Source: the human T2T-CHM13v2.0 reference genome, Homo sapiens. Taken from it: a DNA stretch of 64,000 nucleotides. The notes beneath the pieces were generated by a model. The model was not told the DNA's origin, made no database searches, and worked only from the letters and a program-made list of their open reading frames with translations. This document shows positions 1-12,034 of the stretch, one piece after another (position 1 is the stretch's first letter; each line of letters starts with the position of its first letter). The position numbers and the translations under genes are program-made. The stretch lies in the NCBI RefSeq assembly GCF_009914755.1, contig NC_060926.1. One strand, 5' to 3'.

Positions 1-1359
1 AATTTCACAACTTGTTATTGGTCCATTAAGGGATTCAACCTCGTCCTGGTTTAGTCTTGGGAGGGCATATGTGTACAGGAATTTATCCATTTCTTCTAGA
101 TTTTCTAGTTTATTTGCATAGTGATGTTTTTAGCATCCTCTGATGGTAGTTTGTATTTCTGTGGGATCGGTGGTGACATCCACTTTATCATTTTTTATTG
201 TGTCTATTTGACTCTTTGCTCTTTTCTTCTTTATTAGTCTGGCTTGTGGTCTATCTCTTTTGTTAATCTTTTCAAAAACCACCTCCTGGATTCATTCATT
301 TCTTGAAGGGTTTTTTGTGTGTGTCTATCTCCTTCAGTTCTGCTCTGATCTTAGCTATTTCTTGTCTTCTGCTAGCTTTTGAATTTGTTTGCTTTTGCTT
401 CTCTAGTTCTTTTAATTGTGATGTTAGGATGTCAATTTTAGATCTTTTCTGCATTCTCTTGTGGGCATTTAGCGCTATAAATTTCCCTCTAAACACTGCT
501 TTAGCTGTGTCCCAGAGATTCTGGTACGTTGTGTCTTTATTCTCACTGGCTTCAAAGAACTTATTTAATTCTGTCTTAATTTTGTTATTTACCCAGTAGT
601 CATTCAGGTGCAGGATGTTCAGTTTCCACATAGTTGTGCAGTTTTGAGTGAGTTTCTTAATCCTGAGTTTTAATTTGATTGCACTGTGTTCTGAGATACT
701 GTTATTATTTCAGTTCTTTTCCATTTGCTGAGGAGTGATTTACTTCCAATCATGTGGTCAATTTTAGAATAAGTGTAATGTAGTGTTGAGAAGAATGTGT
801 ATTCTGTTGATTTGGGGTGGAGAGTTCTGTAGATGTCTATTAGGTCTGCTTGATCCATAGCTGAGTTCAAATCCTGAATATCCTTGTTAATTTTCTGTCT
901 CATTGATTTGTGTAATATTGACAGTGGGGTGTTAAAGTCTCCCACTATTATTGTGTGGGAGTCTAAGTTTCTTTGTAGGTCTCTAAGAACTTGCTTTATG
1001 AATCTGGGTGCTCCTGTATTGGGCACATATATATTTAGCATAGTCAGCTCTTCTTGTTGCATTGATCCCTTTACCATTATGCCATGCCTTTCTTTGTCTT
1101 TTTTGATCTTTGTTGGTTTAAAGTCTGTTTGATCAGATACTAGGATTGCAACCCCTGCTTTTTTTTTTCTTTTTTTACTTTCCATTTGCTTGGTGAATAT
1201 TTCTCCATTCCTTTATTTTGAGCCTATGTGTGTCTTTGCATGTGTGATGGGTCTCCTGAATACAGCACACCAATGGGTCTTGGCTCTTTATCCAATTGGC
1301 GAGTCTGTGTCTTTTACATTTAAGGTTAATATTGTTATGTGTGAATTTGATCCTGTCGT
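1..1359 (-). pseudogene. L1 ORF2 N-terminal (APE endonuclease) region, disrupted
   Basis: Fragments in different frames (296-631, 670-1185, 1175-1408). Start codon appears changed ATG>ACG at 1357-1359, with a small deletion near 1313. Confidence 0.9.
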
Positions 1360-1422
1360 TATGATGCCAGCTGGTTATTTTGCCTGTGAGTTGATGCAGT
1401 TTTTTCATAGTGTTGGTGGTCT

Positions 1423-2432
1423 TTACAATTTGGTGTGTTATTTCAGTAGCTGGTACTGGTTTTCCCTTTCCGTATTTAGTGCTTCCTTCAGGAGCTCTTG
1501 TAAGGCAGGCCTGGAGGTGACAAAATCTCTCAGCATTTGCTTGTCTGTAAAGGATTTTATTTCTCCTTCGCTTATGAAGCTTAGTTTGGCTGGATATGAA
1601 ATTCTGGGTTGGAAATTCTTTTCTTTAAGAATGTTGAATATTGGCCCCCACTCTCTTCTGGTTTGTAGGGTTTCTGCAGAGAGATCCACCGTTGGTCTGA
1701 TGGGTTTCCATTTGTGGGTAACCTGATCTTTCTCTCTGGCTGCCCTTAACATTTTTTGCTTCATTTTAACCTTGGCAAATCTGATGAGTATGTGTCCTGG
1801 GGTTGCTCTTCTTAGGAATATCTTAAAGGTGTTCTCTGTATTTGCTGAGTTTGAATGTTGGCCTGTGTTTCTAGGTTGGGGAACTTCTCCTGGATTATAT
1901 CCTGAAGAGTGTTTTCCAACTTGGTTCCATTCTCCCTGTCACTTTCAGGTACACCAATCAAACCTATGTTTGGTCTTTTCACATAGTCCCATATTTCTTG
2001 GAGGCTTTGTTCATTTCTTTTTACTCTTTTTTCTCTAAACTTCTCTTCTTGCTTCATTTCATTCATTTGATCTTCAATCACTTATATCCTTTCTTCTTCT
2101 TGATCAATTCAGCTATTGATACTTGTGTATGCTTCACGAAGTTCTCGTGCTGTGTTTTTCAGCTCCATCAGGTCATTTATGTTTTTCTCTAAACTGGTTA
2201 TTCTAGTTAGCAATTCGTCTCACTTTTTTCAAGGTTCTTATCTTCCTTGCATTGGGTTAGAACTTGCTTCTTTAGCTCGGAGGAGTTTGTTATTACCTAC
2301 CTTCTGAAGCCTTCTTTCAATTCGTCAAACTCATTCTCCATCCAGTTTTGTTCCCTTCTGGTGATCCTTTGCAGGAGAAGAGTTGTTCTGGTTTTAGGAA
2401 TTTTTAGCCTTTTTGCGCTGGTTTTTCCTCAT
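1423..2432 (-). pseudogene. L1 ORF1, frameshifted
   Basis: ATGAGGAAAAACCAGCGC start at 2432. ORF1 peptides are split across ORFs 1812-2081 and 1438-1764. Canonical stop context AAATTGTAA at about 1423. Confidence 0.88.
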
Positions 2433-3140
2433 CTTTGTGGATTTATCTACCTTTGTTCTTTGATGTTGGTGACCTTTGGATGGGCTTTTTGTGTGGACTT
2501 CTTTTTTGTTGATGTTGATGTTATTCCTTTCTGTTTGTTAGTTTTCCTTCTAACAGTCAGGCCCCTCTGCTGCAGGTCTGCTGAAGTTGGCTGGAGGTCC
2601 ACTTCAGACCCTGTTTGCCTGGGTATCACCAGCCGAGGCTGCAGAACAGCAAAGATTGCTGCTTGTTCCTTCCTCTGGAAGCTTTGTCCCAGAGGGGCAC
2701 CTGCCAGATGCCAGCTGGAGCTCTCCTGTATGAAGTGTCTGTTGACCCCTGCTAGGGAGTGTCTCCCAGTCAGGAGGCATGGAGGTCAGGGACCCACTTG
2801 AAGAGGCAGTCTGTCCCTTAGCAGAGCTTGAGCGCTGTGCTAGGAGATATGCTGCTCTCTTCAGAGCTGGCAGGCAGGAACATTTAAGTTTGCTGAAGCT
2901 TTGCCCACAGCTGTACCTTCCTTCAGGTGCTCTGTCCCAGGGAGATGGGAATTTTATCTATAACCCCCTGACGGGGGCTGCTGCCTTTCTTTCAGAGGTG
3001 CCCTGCCCAGAGAGGAGGAATCTAGAGAGGCAGTCTGGCTACAGTGGCTTTGCTGAGCTGTGGTGGGCTCTGCCCAGTTTGAACTTCCTGGTGGCTTTGT
3101 TTACACTGTGAGGGTAAAACCGCCTACTCAAGCCTCAGTA

Positions 3141-3359
3141 ATGGCAAATGCCCCTCCCCCGACCACGCTCGAGTGTCCCAAGTTGACTTCAGACTGCTGT
3201 GCTGGCATTGAGAATTTCAAGCCAGTGGATCTTAGCTTATTGGGCTTTGTGGGGGAGGCATCTGCTGAGCTAGACCACTTGGCTCCTTGGCTTCAGCCCC
3301 CTTTCCAGGGGAGCGAATGGTTCTGTCTTGTTGGTATTCCAAGCACCACTGGAGTATGA
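3141..3359 (+). CDS. Putative L1 ORF0-like antisense ORF (72 aa), MANAPPPTTLECPKLTSDCC...; expression unproven
   Basis: ATG in gtaATGG context within the L1 5'UTR. N-terminus resembles L1HS ORF0 (MAGAPPPASLPPCSLISDCC). Open to TGA at 3357-3359. Confidence 0.45.
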   Translation: MANAPPPTTLECPKLTSDCCAGIENFKPVDLSLLGFVGEASAELDHLAPWLQPPFQGSEWFCLVGIPSTTGV

Positions 3360-3750
3360 AAAAAAAAACTCCTGCAGCTAGCTTGGTGTCTGCCCAAATA
3401 GCCACCCAGTTTTTGTGCTTGAAACCCTGCTGGTGTAGGCACCTGAGGGAATCTCCTGGTCTGCGGGTTGCAAAGACCATGGGAAAAGCATAGTTTCTGG
3501 GCTGGAATGCACCGTTCCTCACGGCACAGTTTCTCATGGCTTCCTTTGGCTAGGGGAGGGAGTTCCCTGACCCCTTGTGCTTCCCGGGTGAGGCGATGCC
3601 CCACCCTGCTTTGGCTCACCTTCTTTGGGCTGCACCCCCTGTCTAACCAGTCCCAATGAGATGAGCCAGGTACCTCAGTTGGAAATGCAGAAATTACCTG
3701 CCTTCTGCACTGATCTCGCTGGGAGTTGCAGACCAGAGCTGTTCCTATTT

Positions 3751-3759
3751 GGCCATCTT
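3751..3759 (-). promoter_or_regulatory. YY1 site of the L1 internal promoter
   Basis: AAGATGGCC on the minus strand, about 10 nt from the L1 5' end, the known YY1 position. Confidence 0.7.
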
Positions 3760-3889
3760 GCCAGCCCCTGGTATATTATCATTTTTATATCTTGCTCTTA
3801 AGGATGTTTGCATCTAAATTCTTGAGGATTAGAGTCTTGTCTTCTTATAAAGTCTTTTTTTGAATTGCTTATTTTATTTTTTCATCCAA

Positions 3890-4455
3890 CTTTCATTTCT
3901 TTTTAAAAACATTTTTTGACACATATTTGTACACACTTATAGGGTACATAGGGATGTTGCAATACATATAATGTACAGTGATCAGATTGGGGTAATTAAC
4001 GTATCTGTCATCTCAAACATTTATTATTTCTTTGTGTTGGAAATATTCAATATCCTTCTTCTAGCTATTTGAAAATACATACTATTGTTAACTATAGTCA
4101 TCCTACAGTGCTGTGGAACACTAGAACTTATTCCTCCTATCTAGCTGTAATTTTGTGTCCTTCAGCAAATCTCTGACCGTCCCTGCCTTTCTGCTACTCT
4201 TCCTTGCCTCTAGTAGCCTCTGTTCTACTTTTTGCTTCTACAAGATTAACTTTTTTTGGCTTCCATATATAACAGAACATGTGGTGTTTAACTTTCTATT
4301 CCTGGCTGATTTCACTTAACAATGTCCTCCAGTTCCATCCATATTGCTACAAATGACAGGAGTTTTGTGGCTGAATAGTATTCCATTGTGTGTGTGTGTG
4401 TATATATATACATATATATATATATATAAAATATTTTCTTTATCCATTCATCTCT
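3890..4455 (-). mobile_element. L1MA-type 3' end with internal (TG)n(TA)n
   Basis: Reverse-complement L1MA 3'UTR motifs (gggtacat...gatcagattggggtaatt; tccagttccatccatattgct). Confidence 0.8.
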
Positions 4456-4752
4456 TGTGATATCTTTGTCTAGTTTTGGTATCATGGCAATATTGGTCTC
4501 ATAAAACGAGTTAGGAAGTCTGTCTTTTTTCTCTGCTTTTGATGTAATTTGTGTAGGTTTGGTGTTTCTTCCTTCCATGTTTAGCCTCTGTATATAGAGT
4601 TCTCTTAGTGAAAATGCTTTAAATTTTGAAGTCAGTTATTTAAAAATTTGATATGGGTTTATTTGGCTTTTTTACTTCTTTTTGATTCAGTTTTGATTAT
4701 TTGTGTCTGTCAAAGTGTTTCTTAATCTAAGATGGCAAATTTACTAGTGTAA

Positions 4753-5082
<330 letters not shown>

Positions 5083-5395
5083 CTAATTATCTTTTTAATG
5101 TCTGTAGTTATGTTCTTTTTTTCATTCTTTATATTGCTAATTTTTTATTTTTTATTCAGTCCAACTAAAGGTTTATGAAAATTTTCAACCCTTTCAAAGA
5201 ATCAGCTTTTAATTTCCTTGATTTTCTTATTGTTTGACCATTTTTCATTTCATTGATTTCTATTCTTATCTTTGTTATTTTATTCTTTCTATTTTGTGCT
5301 TATTTGCTCTTATTTTTATAGCTTTATAAAGTGGAAACTTAAATCATTCATTTTAGAACTTTCTCTTTTTCAAAATTAAGCATTTAAATTAAGCA

Positions 5396-5765
5396 TCTAC
5401 CCCTTCACCACTACCTTTGCCAGCCTTTGGTAATCATTATTCTTCTTTCTATCTTTATGAGTTTAATTAGAGAAGTTGGTTAATGGGTACAAAAATATAG
5501 TTAGATTGAAGGAATAAGATCTAGGGTTTGGTATCACAATAGGGTGACTATATTTAACAATAATTTATTGTATATTTCAAAATAACTAACACAGTGGAAT
5601 TGTAATGTTCCTAACAAAAAGAAATGATAAATGCTTGAGGTCATGGATATCCCAGTTGCCCTGATTTGATCATTACATATTGTATACTTATATCAAAATA
5701 TCACATGCCCCTGTAAATATGTACAACTATTATATCCACAATAATTATAAAAATAAATTTTTTAA
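5396..5765 (+). mobile_element. 5'-inverted L1MA 3' end (about 70 bp inverted plus about 300 bp forward)
   Basis: 5396-5468 is the reverse complement of the L1MA sequence just upstream of gagaagttggttaatgggtacaaaaa; A-rich end. Confidence 0.75.
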
Positions 5766-5907
5766 AGATAAGCATTTAAAATTACAAAGTTTTAAAGCAC
5801 TGCTTATTAGCATTGCAGATATTTTGATACATCATATTTCATTTTTATTGCTTTCAAAATATTTTCTAATTTCCCTTGTGATTTCTCTTGGACAAAAGTG
5901 TACTGTT

Positions 5908-6016
5908 CAACAATGTTCACTATGCAGGTCACGGGTATGATAAAAGCCCAGTCTTCACTACTATGTAATATATGCATGTAAAAGACCCGGACTTGTATCC
6001 CCTAAATATATCTTTT
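5908..6016 (+). mobile_element. Very short L1PB/L1MA 3'-terminal insertion
   Basis: aaaagcccagtcttcactactatg...ttgtatcccctaaatatat, flanked by a 14-bp TSD aaaagtgtactgtt (5894-5907, 6017-6030). Confidence 0.85.
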
Positions 6017-6828
6017 AAAAGTGTACTGTTTAATTTCCAAATACTTGGGGGACTTTTCAGATATGTTTCTGTTGTTTGTTTCCAATTTAATTTTATTGTG
6101 ATCGGTGAACATATTTTGAACTACTTCCATTGTTTTAAATTTATTGAAACTTGTTTTATGGAACATTATTATATGGTATATCTTTGCTCATATTCCACAT
6201 CCACTTGAAGAGAATGTATATTCTGCTGTTGTTAAAGAGTTAGTTATAGTTAATATAGAGTTATATTAGCATTTGTATGGTTAGCGCTACAATATTGTAA
6301 TATTAGTCATTGAAGCACCCATTATTAGCACTGTCAGTGGGAGTTTTGTGTATCTTACATAAGATGCTTTTAACCTTAAGATACACGCATCCCTTATTCA
6401 ATAATCCATGTAATTATCAGCTGGAAATGATTAAGGAAGCAGGTTTAGTAAAATTTTTTGAAAGGCAGTAAGTCACACTCAATTTGCACCCAAATCCAAC
6501 ACATCTGCTGAGAATGGTTTAGTTCTTAATTAAAATTTGATTTTGAATGAAAATAGCTTTTCCTTTCAGCCAGAGAAAAGCCATGGTCATATGCTTAGAA
6601 AGAGTTGGAGTGGCCTTTATCTTAGGTATCCACAGGAGAAACCACCTCAGGTGGTACATACACTAATATAAACCACAGAAAAAATTAAAACAAATCTAGA
6701 ACCAAATTCTGGGAGAGGGGAGATTGAAACTGATATGAGAGAATTTTCTGAGGACATGGAAATGTTTTATTTCATCATAAAGGTATAGGCTACACAGTAG
6801 CATACATTTGTTAAAATTGTACATACAA

Positions 6829-7118
6829 GGCCTGGCACGGTAGCTCACACCTGTAATCCTATTACATTGGGAGGCTGAGGTGTGTGGATTTCTTGAGCTC
6901 AAGAGTTCAAGACCAGCCTGGGCAACATGTTGAAACCCTGTCTCTATAAAAATACAAAAAAATTAGCCAGGCATGGTGGCACATGCCTGTAGTTCCAGTT
7001 ACTCAGGAGGCTGAGGCACAAAATCACTTGATCCCAGGAGGCAGAGGTTGCCGTGAGCTGAGACAGCACCACTGCACTCCAGCCCGGGCAACAGAGCGAG
7101 ACTGTCTCAAAAAAAAAA
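6829..7118 (+). mobile_element. Alu (old AluJ/S)
   Basis: Full dimer, A-tail, TSD-like tgtacata. Confidence 0.95.
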
Positions 7119-7254
7119 TGTACATATGAGATTCCTTTAAAAGATATTTCACTGTTTAAAGCAAACAGTAATACATTGTGAGATTTATGACATACAGAAT
7201 TTTACTTTAGAAAAGTAAAAGTGATTTGAAAGTGTACAATAAAAAAACTTGTGG

Positions 7255-7320
7255 TTTTTTTTTTTTTTTTTTTTTGAGATGGAGTCTCGGTCTGTCGCCC
7301 AGGCTGGAGTGCAGTGGCAT
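7255..7320 (-). mobile_element. 5'-truncated Alu stub
   Basis: Poly-T followed by gagatggagtctcggtctgtcgcccaggctggagtgcagtggcat. Confidence 0.9.
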
Positions 7321-8362
7321 TAGAACAGCTCAGTGGAAACCCACAGGGGTCAGCTCCTTTCCTCAGCCAGAGTGTCCCATCATAAGTTCACCTCCCAGCA
7401 GAGAGAGTAGCTCCTCTCTGTAGCTGGTCATTCCAATGTCTGCAGCTCTCAGCAGAGAGGAGGCTCTGGAGTGGGTAGCTCCTCTTTGAAGCTAGTCATC
7501 CTGACATCTGCTGCTCTCAGCAGAGAGAAGGCCCTGGAGTGGGTACCTCTTTTCTGCAGCTGTTCATCCCCACATCTGCTGAGCTCTGGCTGAGTCCAGG
7601 ACTTTTATGGGAGGAAGTGCATGCTGATTGGTTCATGGGCAACTGTGGGCAGGCCAGAAAAGGCATCACGAGGTTGATGGTGCCTGGCCTAAAGGTGGGG
7701 CCTCACCGGAGACCTGCCCTTTTCTGCCCAGGAGTCTGTCTGCCTCTGGCTGCCATTCATGGCACCCAGGCTGTTTGTGCCAAGGAGCACCTGCAGGCCA
7801 GTGCTGAGTTGCCCTCCATCCCCCTTGGCTTCCCGCCCATGCTCTTCCACGGCCAAAGTCTGGAGGGAGCTGAGGTGACAGAGGGCTGGTGTGTCAGCAC
7901 TGCCCTGAGTGTGTGCATACCCTGCCGGTCTGTGACAGCACTTGGGCTCAGTCCCAACTTTGCTCCAAGGTCTGAGCAGGTGCTGACATCAGGGAAAAGC
8001 AAGGCAGTGGGAGCAGGCATTTCTTTTCTTTTCTTTCTTTCTTTCTTTTTTTTATTTGAGACAGAGTCTCGCTCTGTCACCCAGGCTGGAGTGCAGTGGC
8101 ATGACATTTCTGAGCCGGTGAGGGCAGGGAGGGCCTTCCCAGGCCCCAAGAGTTCAGGGATGCCACGGAACAGGAGACCCGGGTCTGCAGCCATGACTTA
8201 GGCAGCTGTGGCTACACCCGGGGAACTCCCGCCCCAGCAACTCATAAGGGGCAGGCCTCCCACTTGTCACCGGCTCCACAGAGTGTGCAGCCCTGGCTGT
8301 GCCTCCCTGCTGCAGCTGGTATGATGGCAGCAGCCACTCCAGACTGGCTACTGCTGCCATCA
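7321..8362 (-). mobile_element. MER52-type ERV1 LTR, 3' part missing
   Basis: Minus strand begins TGATGGCAGCAGTAGCCAGTCTGGAGTGGCTGCTGCCATC (MER52A-like); internal repeats gctctcagcagaga / gtagctcctct. Confidence 0.8.
8025..8104 (-). mobile_element. 5'-truncated Alu stub inside MER52
   Basis: CT-rich tail plus Alu 3' end; 7-bp TSD catttct (8018-8024, 8105-8111). Confidence 0.9.
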
Positions 8363-9559
8363 ATAAGCTTTAGAGTATGAATGTCATGTTATTAGCACGT
8401 ATAACGAATACTTTTTCTGTTGAAGCAATGAATCTCTTCTTTTGATATCAATATGTAGAAAAAACAATTTCCTTTTGAAAATTTACTGACAAACCCTCTG
8501 ACACCACTTCATAGAACATGGGGCCATCAAAATTCCATTTTGAAGCCAAGGGATAATGTTCGATATTAGGTTCAAGGGAGTGAGGATAAGCTTGGTTTCC
8601 CTTTGTCTTTGACTGTTGTCAATTTGAATATAATAGTATTTTGTAGATGGATTAATAAGATCGAGGTAGAGGTGTTTGCATGTATGCTTGTGTGTACATG
8701 TTAATAAAAGTGTTCTGTATGTATTATCAATAAACCATATTGATTTTGATGTTACTCTTTTAAGTACTATTTTATTATAAAAATGAAGGAAGTCTAAATG
8801 TATCTTTCATCTCTCAAAAGCCTCACATTTTAAAATGAAGTAGATATTTATTAGAAAATGTTTGCTAAATCGAGGAAGGAAGAGATTTTAAAGTAGGAAA
8901 AAAGTGGAAAGCCTCTCAGGAAAATAGTGCACATGGATGAAGGCTTTTAATGCTCCTTTTTCTAAGCATATGTCAAGATTTTGATTTTTTTCTTCCTCTG
9001 AACTAGGTATAGAACTCTTAGGGATGATTCTGTTCATTATATCACTCTCAGCAGAAATCACATTACAAAGAGGAAATTGTGATATTATGAAGACTGAAAA
9101 TATCTAAGTTTTAGTATAAATCTACTGCAATATTTTATCATGTTGCTAAATGCACTTTCCCTAACAAGCGAAATTGTTCCGTAACTCCATTTATAGGTTA
9201 CATTTTTTTTCCCATGGGTTATTTTGTTTCTGTGCACTTTTCTCCTCTTCAATATCTCTTTACACAGATGCAACACACTGCTTTCCATTTCTGTGAAAGT
9301 TAGTGAAACTTGAAAGCACATGTTGCAGTCAGTCATTTCACTCTTTCAAGCAGACACTTTATGCAAAGGGAAGGAATTATGCAAAATTTGCCCCCAACTA
9401 ACACCACAAAGTGAGCAAATACAAGTCCTTCAGTTTTGCTGTTAGAAACACAATTTGTCCTGCTAACAAGAATTTTTAACGGTGACTCAGAACTACAGGT
9501 GTAGAAAACATTCTTTTATTTTGTATAACTAGGGTAATTCCTCCATTTCAGCTGGCCTG

Positions 9560-10070
9560 CCTCAGGCTGTTCTTAGGGTGTTCCTAGGACCACTAGGGTG
9601 TCCCTAAGGCACTTTCACACAGTTTACAAGGTTCTCTTTTAACCAACTATATATCTGGACGAGGCCAGATTTTCTTCATGTACTTCCACCAAAAACAACA
9701 CATCACAACAAATTGGATACCAAAGTTATAAGAATCCAACTGTCTTTTGTTAAGCACAACATGAAATAGCTTTTTCCAAAATGTAAGACAACTAGTTTTC
9801 TTTTAAAAATATAGTCATTTTAATACAATGTTTGTATTATGTATATTGTACATAATATATACTATTTTTATTGTATAGATTTATAAATAAATACTATTTT
9901 ATTGTATAATGATTTATAAGTAAATATTTCTAGATGCCACAGTATTAATTTCAAATCTGGTGAGTATTGATGGATATAACTGACAGCGTAAACATTCCTT
10001 TGGGTTCCTGATTTTTAAGAGTGTAAAAGGTAAAATCAGAGTGTAAAATCTGAAACGAAAAAGTTTCAGA
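9560..10070 (+). mobile_element. hAT-Charlie1-type DNA transposon fragment
   Basis: ttttcttcatgtacttccaccaaaaacaac...agaatccaactgtctt and tttttaagagtgtaaaagg...aaaagtttcaga resemble the Charlie1 3' region. Confidence 0.65.
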
Positions 10071-10810
10071 TTTAATGTTTTAGAACATGCCATCTACCTA
10101 CTAAAGCAGAAGAAAACTAATTTTTTTCCTTAAAATAAGAATTTGAGGAAATATATTTTTGGGTTTATTGTCTCAAGCATATATTTTAGGGTAGTTTTCA
10201 TGGCATTGGTGTGAAAGTCTAAGAATATCATTGCTAAAAAACAAATGAAAATATTTAGAATGTCAGGTATTTATATTTTTTTCTAGTTGTGTGACTCAAG
10301 TTTCTATATGAATTAAATTAACAATGAAATTTCCAAATAAATAGTTCCCTTGGTGTTATGTGAATTAGAGAGTGAAAGGTCATGAGTACAGGCACACCTC
10401 ATTTTATTGCTCTTCACTTTATTATGCTTCACATATATTGTGATTTTCTTACAAATCGAAGATTTGTGGTAATCCTGCATTGAGCAAGTCTATCAGCACC
10501 ATTTTTCCAACAGTATGTGCTCAATTCATGTCTCTTGTCATATTTTGGTAATTCTCCCAATATTTCAAACTTTTTCATCATTATTACATCTTTCATAATA
10601 ATTTGCAATCAGTTATCTTTGATGTTACCATTGTAATTGTTTTGGGGTGCTATGAACTGCATGCTTAGAAGACAGTCAACTTAATCAACAAATATGCATG
10701 TTCTCACTGCTCCACTGACTAGCCATTCTCCTATCTCTCTTCTTCTTCTCTGGCCTCCCCCTTTCCTGAGGCATGACAATATTGACAATAGGTCAATCAA
10801 TAACCCTACA

Positions 10811-11992
10811 ATGGCCTCTAAAGTGTTCAAGTAAAAGGAAGGGTTGCACATCTCTCACTTTAAATCAAAAGCTAGAAACAAGTAAGCTTAGTGAAAAAGG
10901 CATGTTGAAAGTCAAGACAGGATGAAAGCTAGGCCTCTTGTACCAGTTAGCCAAGTTGTAAATGCAAAAGAAAAGTTCTTAAAGGAAATTAAATTGCTAC
11001 TCCAGTGAACACCCAAATGATAAGAAAGTGAAACAGTTTTATTGCTGATATTGGGAAAGTTTTAGTGGTCTGGATAAAAGATAAAACCAGCCACAGTATT
11101 CGCTTAAGCCAAAGCCTAATCCAGAACGAGGCCCTAACTCTCTTTAATTCAACGAAGGCTAAGAGCGGTGAAGAAGCTGCCGAAAAAAAGTTTGAAGCCA
11201 GCAGGGAGGTTGGTTCGTGAGGTTAAAGGAAAGAAGCCACATCCATAACATAAAAGTGAAAGGTGAAGCAGCAAGTGCTGATGGAGAAGCTGCAGCAAAT
11301 TATCTGGAAGAACTAGCTAAGATCATTGATGAAGGTGGCTACATTAAATAACAAATTTTCAGTGTAGATGAAACAGTCTTGTGTTGTAAGAAGATGCCAT
11401 CGAGGATTTCACAGATACAGAGAAATTAATGAGTGATTTCAAAGCTTCAAAAAACAGGCTGAGTCTCTTGATAGGGGCTAACATAGCTGGTGACTTTAAG
11501 TTGAAGCCAGTGGACATTTGCTATTCCAAATATCCTAGGACCCTAAAGAATTATGCTGAATCTACTCTGTCTGTGCTCTATAAATGGAGCAACAAAGCCT
11601 GGATGACACTACGTCTTTTGGCCGTATGGTTTACTGAATATTTTCAGCCCACCGTTGAAACCTCCTGCCCAAAAGATGTCTTTTTAAATATTACTGCTCA
11701 TTGACAATGCACCTAGTCACTCAAGAGTACATCTGATGGAGACGTACAAGAAGATGAATGTTGTTTTCATGCCTGCTACATCCATTCTGTAGCCCAAGAA
11801 TCAAGGAGTAATTTTTGACTTTCAAGTCTTAATTCAGATATATATATATATATATATATATCTTATATTCAGATATATATATATATATATATCTTATATT
11901 CAGATATATATATATATATATCTTATATTCAGATATATATATATATATATATCTTATATTCAGATATATATATATATATATATCTTATATTC

Positions 11993-12034
<42 letters not shown>

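Larger units (their letters stand above)
1..3768 (-). mobile_element. LINE-1, L1PA7/L1PA8-type: 5'UTR, ORF1 and start of ORF2; continues beyond the window start
   Basis: Minus strand begins GGGGCTGGCAAGATGGCCAAATAGGAACAGCTCTGGTCTGCA, the L1PA7/8-like 5' end. Translated fragments match ORF1 (QEIWDYVKRPN, NFQPRISYPAKLSF) and the ORF2 endonuclease (TIIVGDFNTPLS, YSKIDH). Confidence 0.95.

Noticed and set aside
7539-8201. Longest ORF (220 aa)
   Set aside because: Antisense frame through GC-rich MER52 and an Alu stub, with a non-ATG start and no recognisable domain.
11827-12031. CRISPR-like repeat-spacer array
   Set aside because: The 'spacers' are pure (TA)n rather than unique sequence, the context is eukaryotic, and there are no cas genes.
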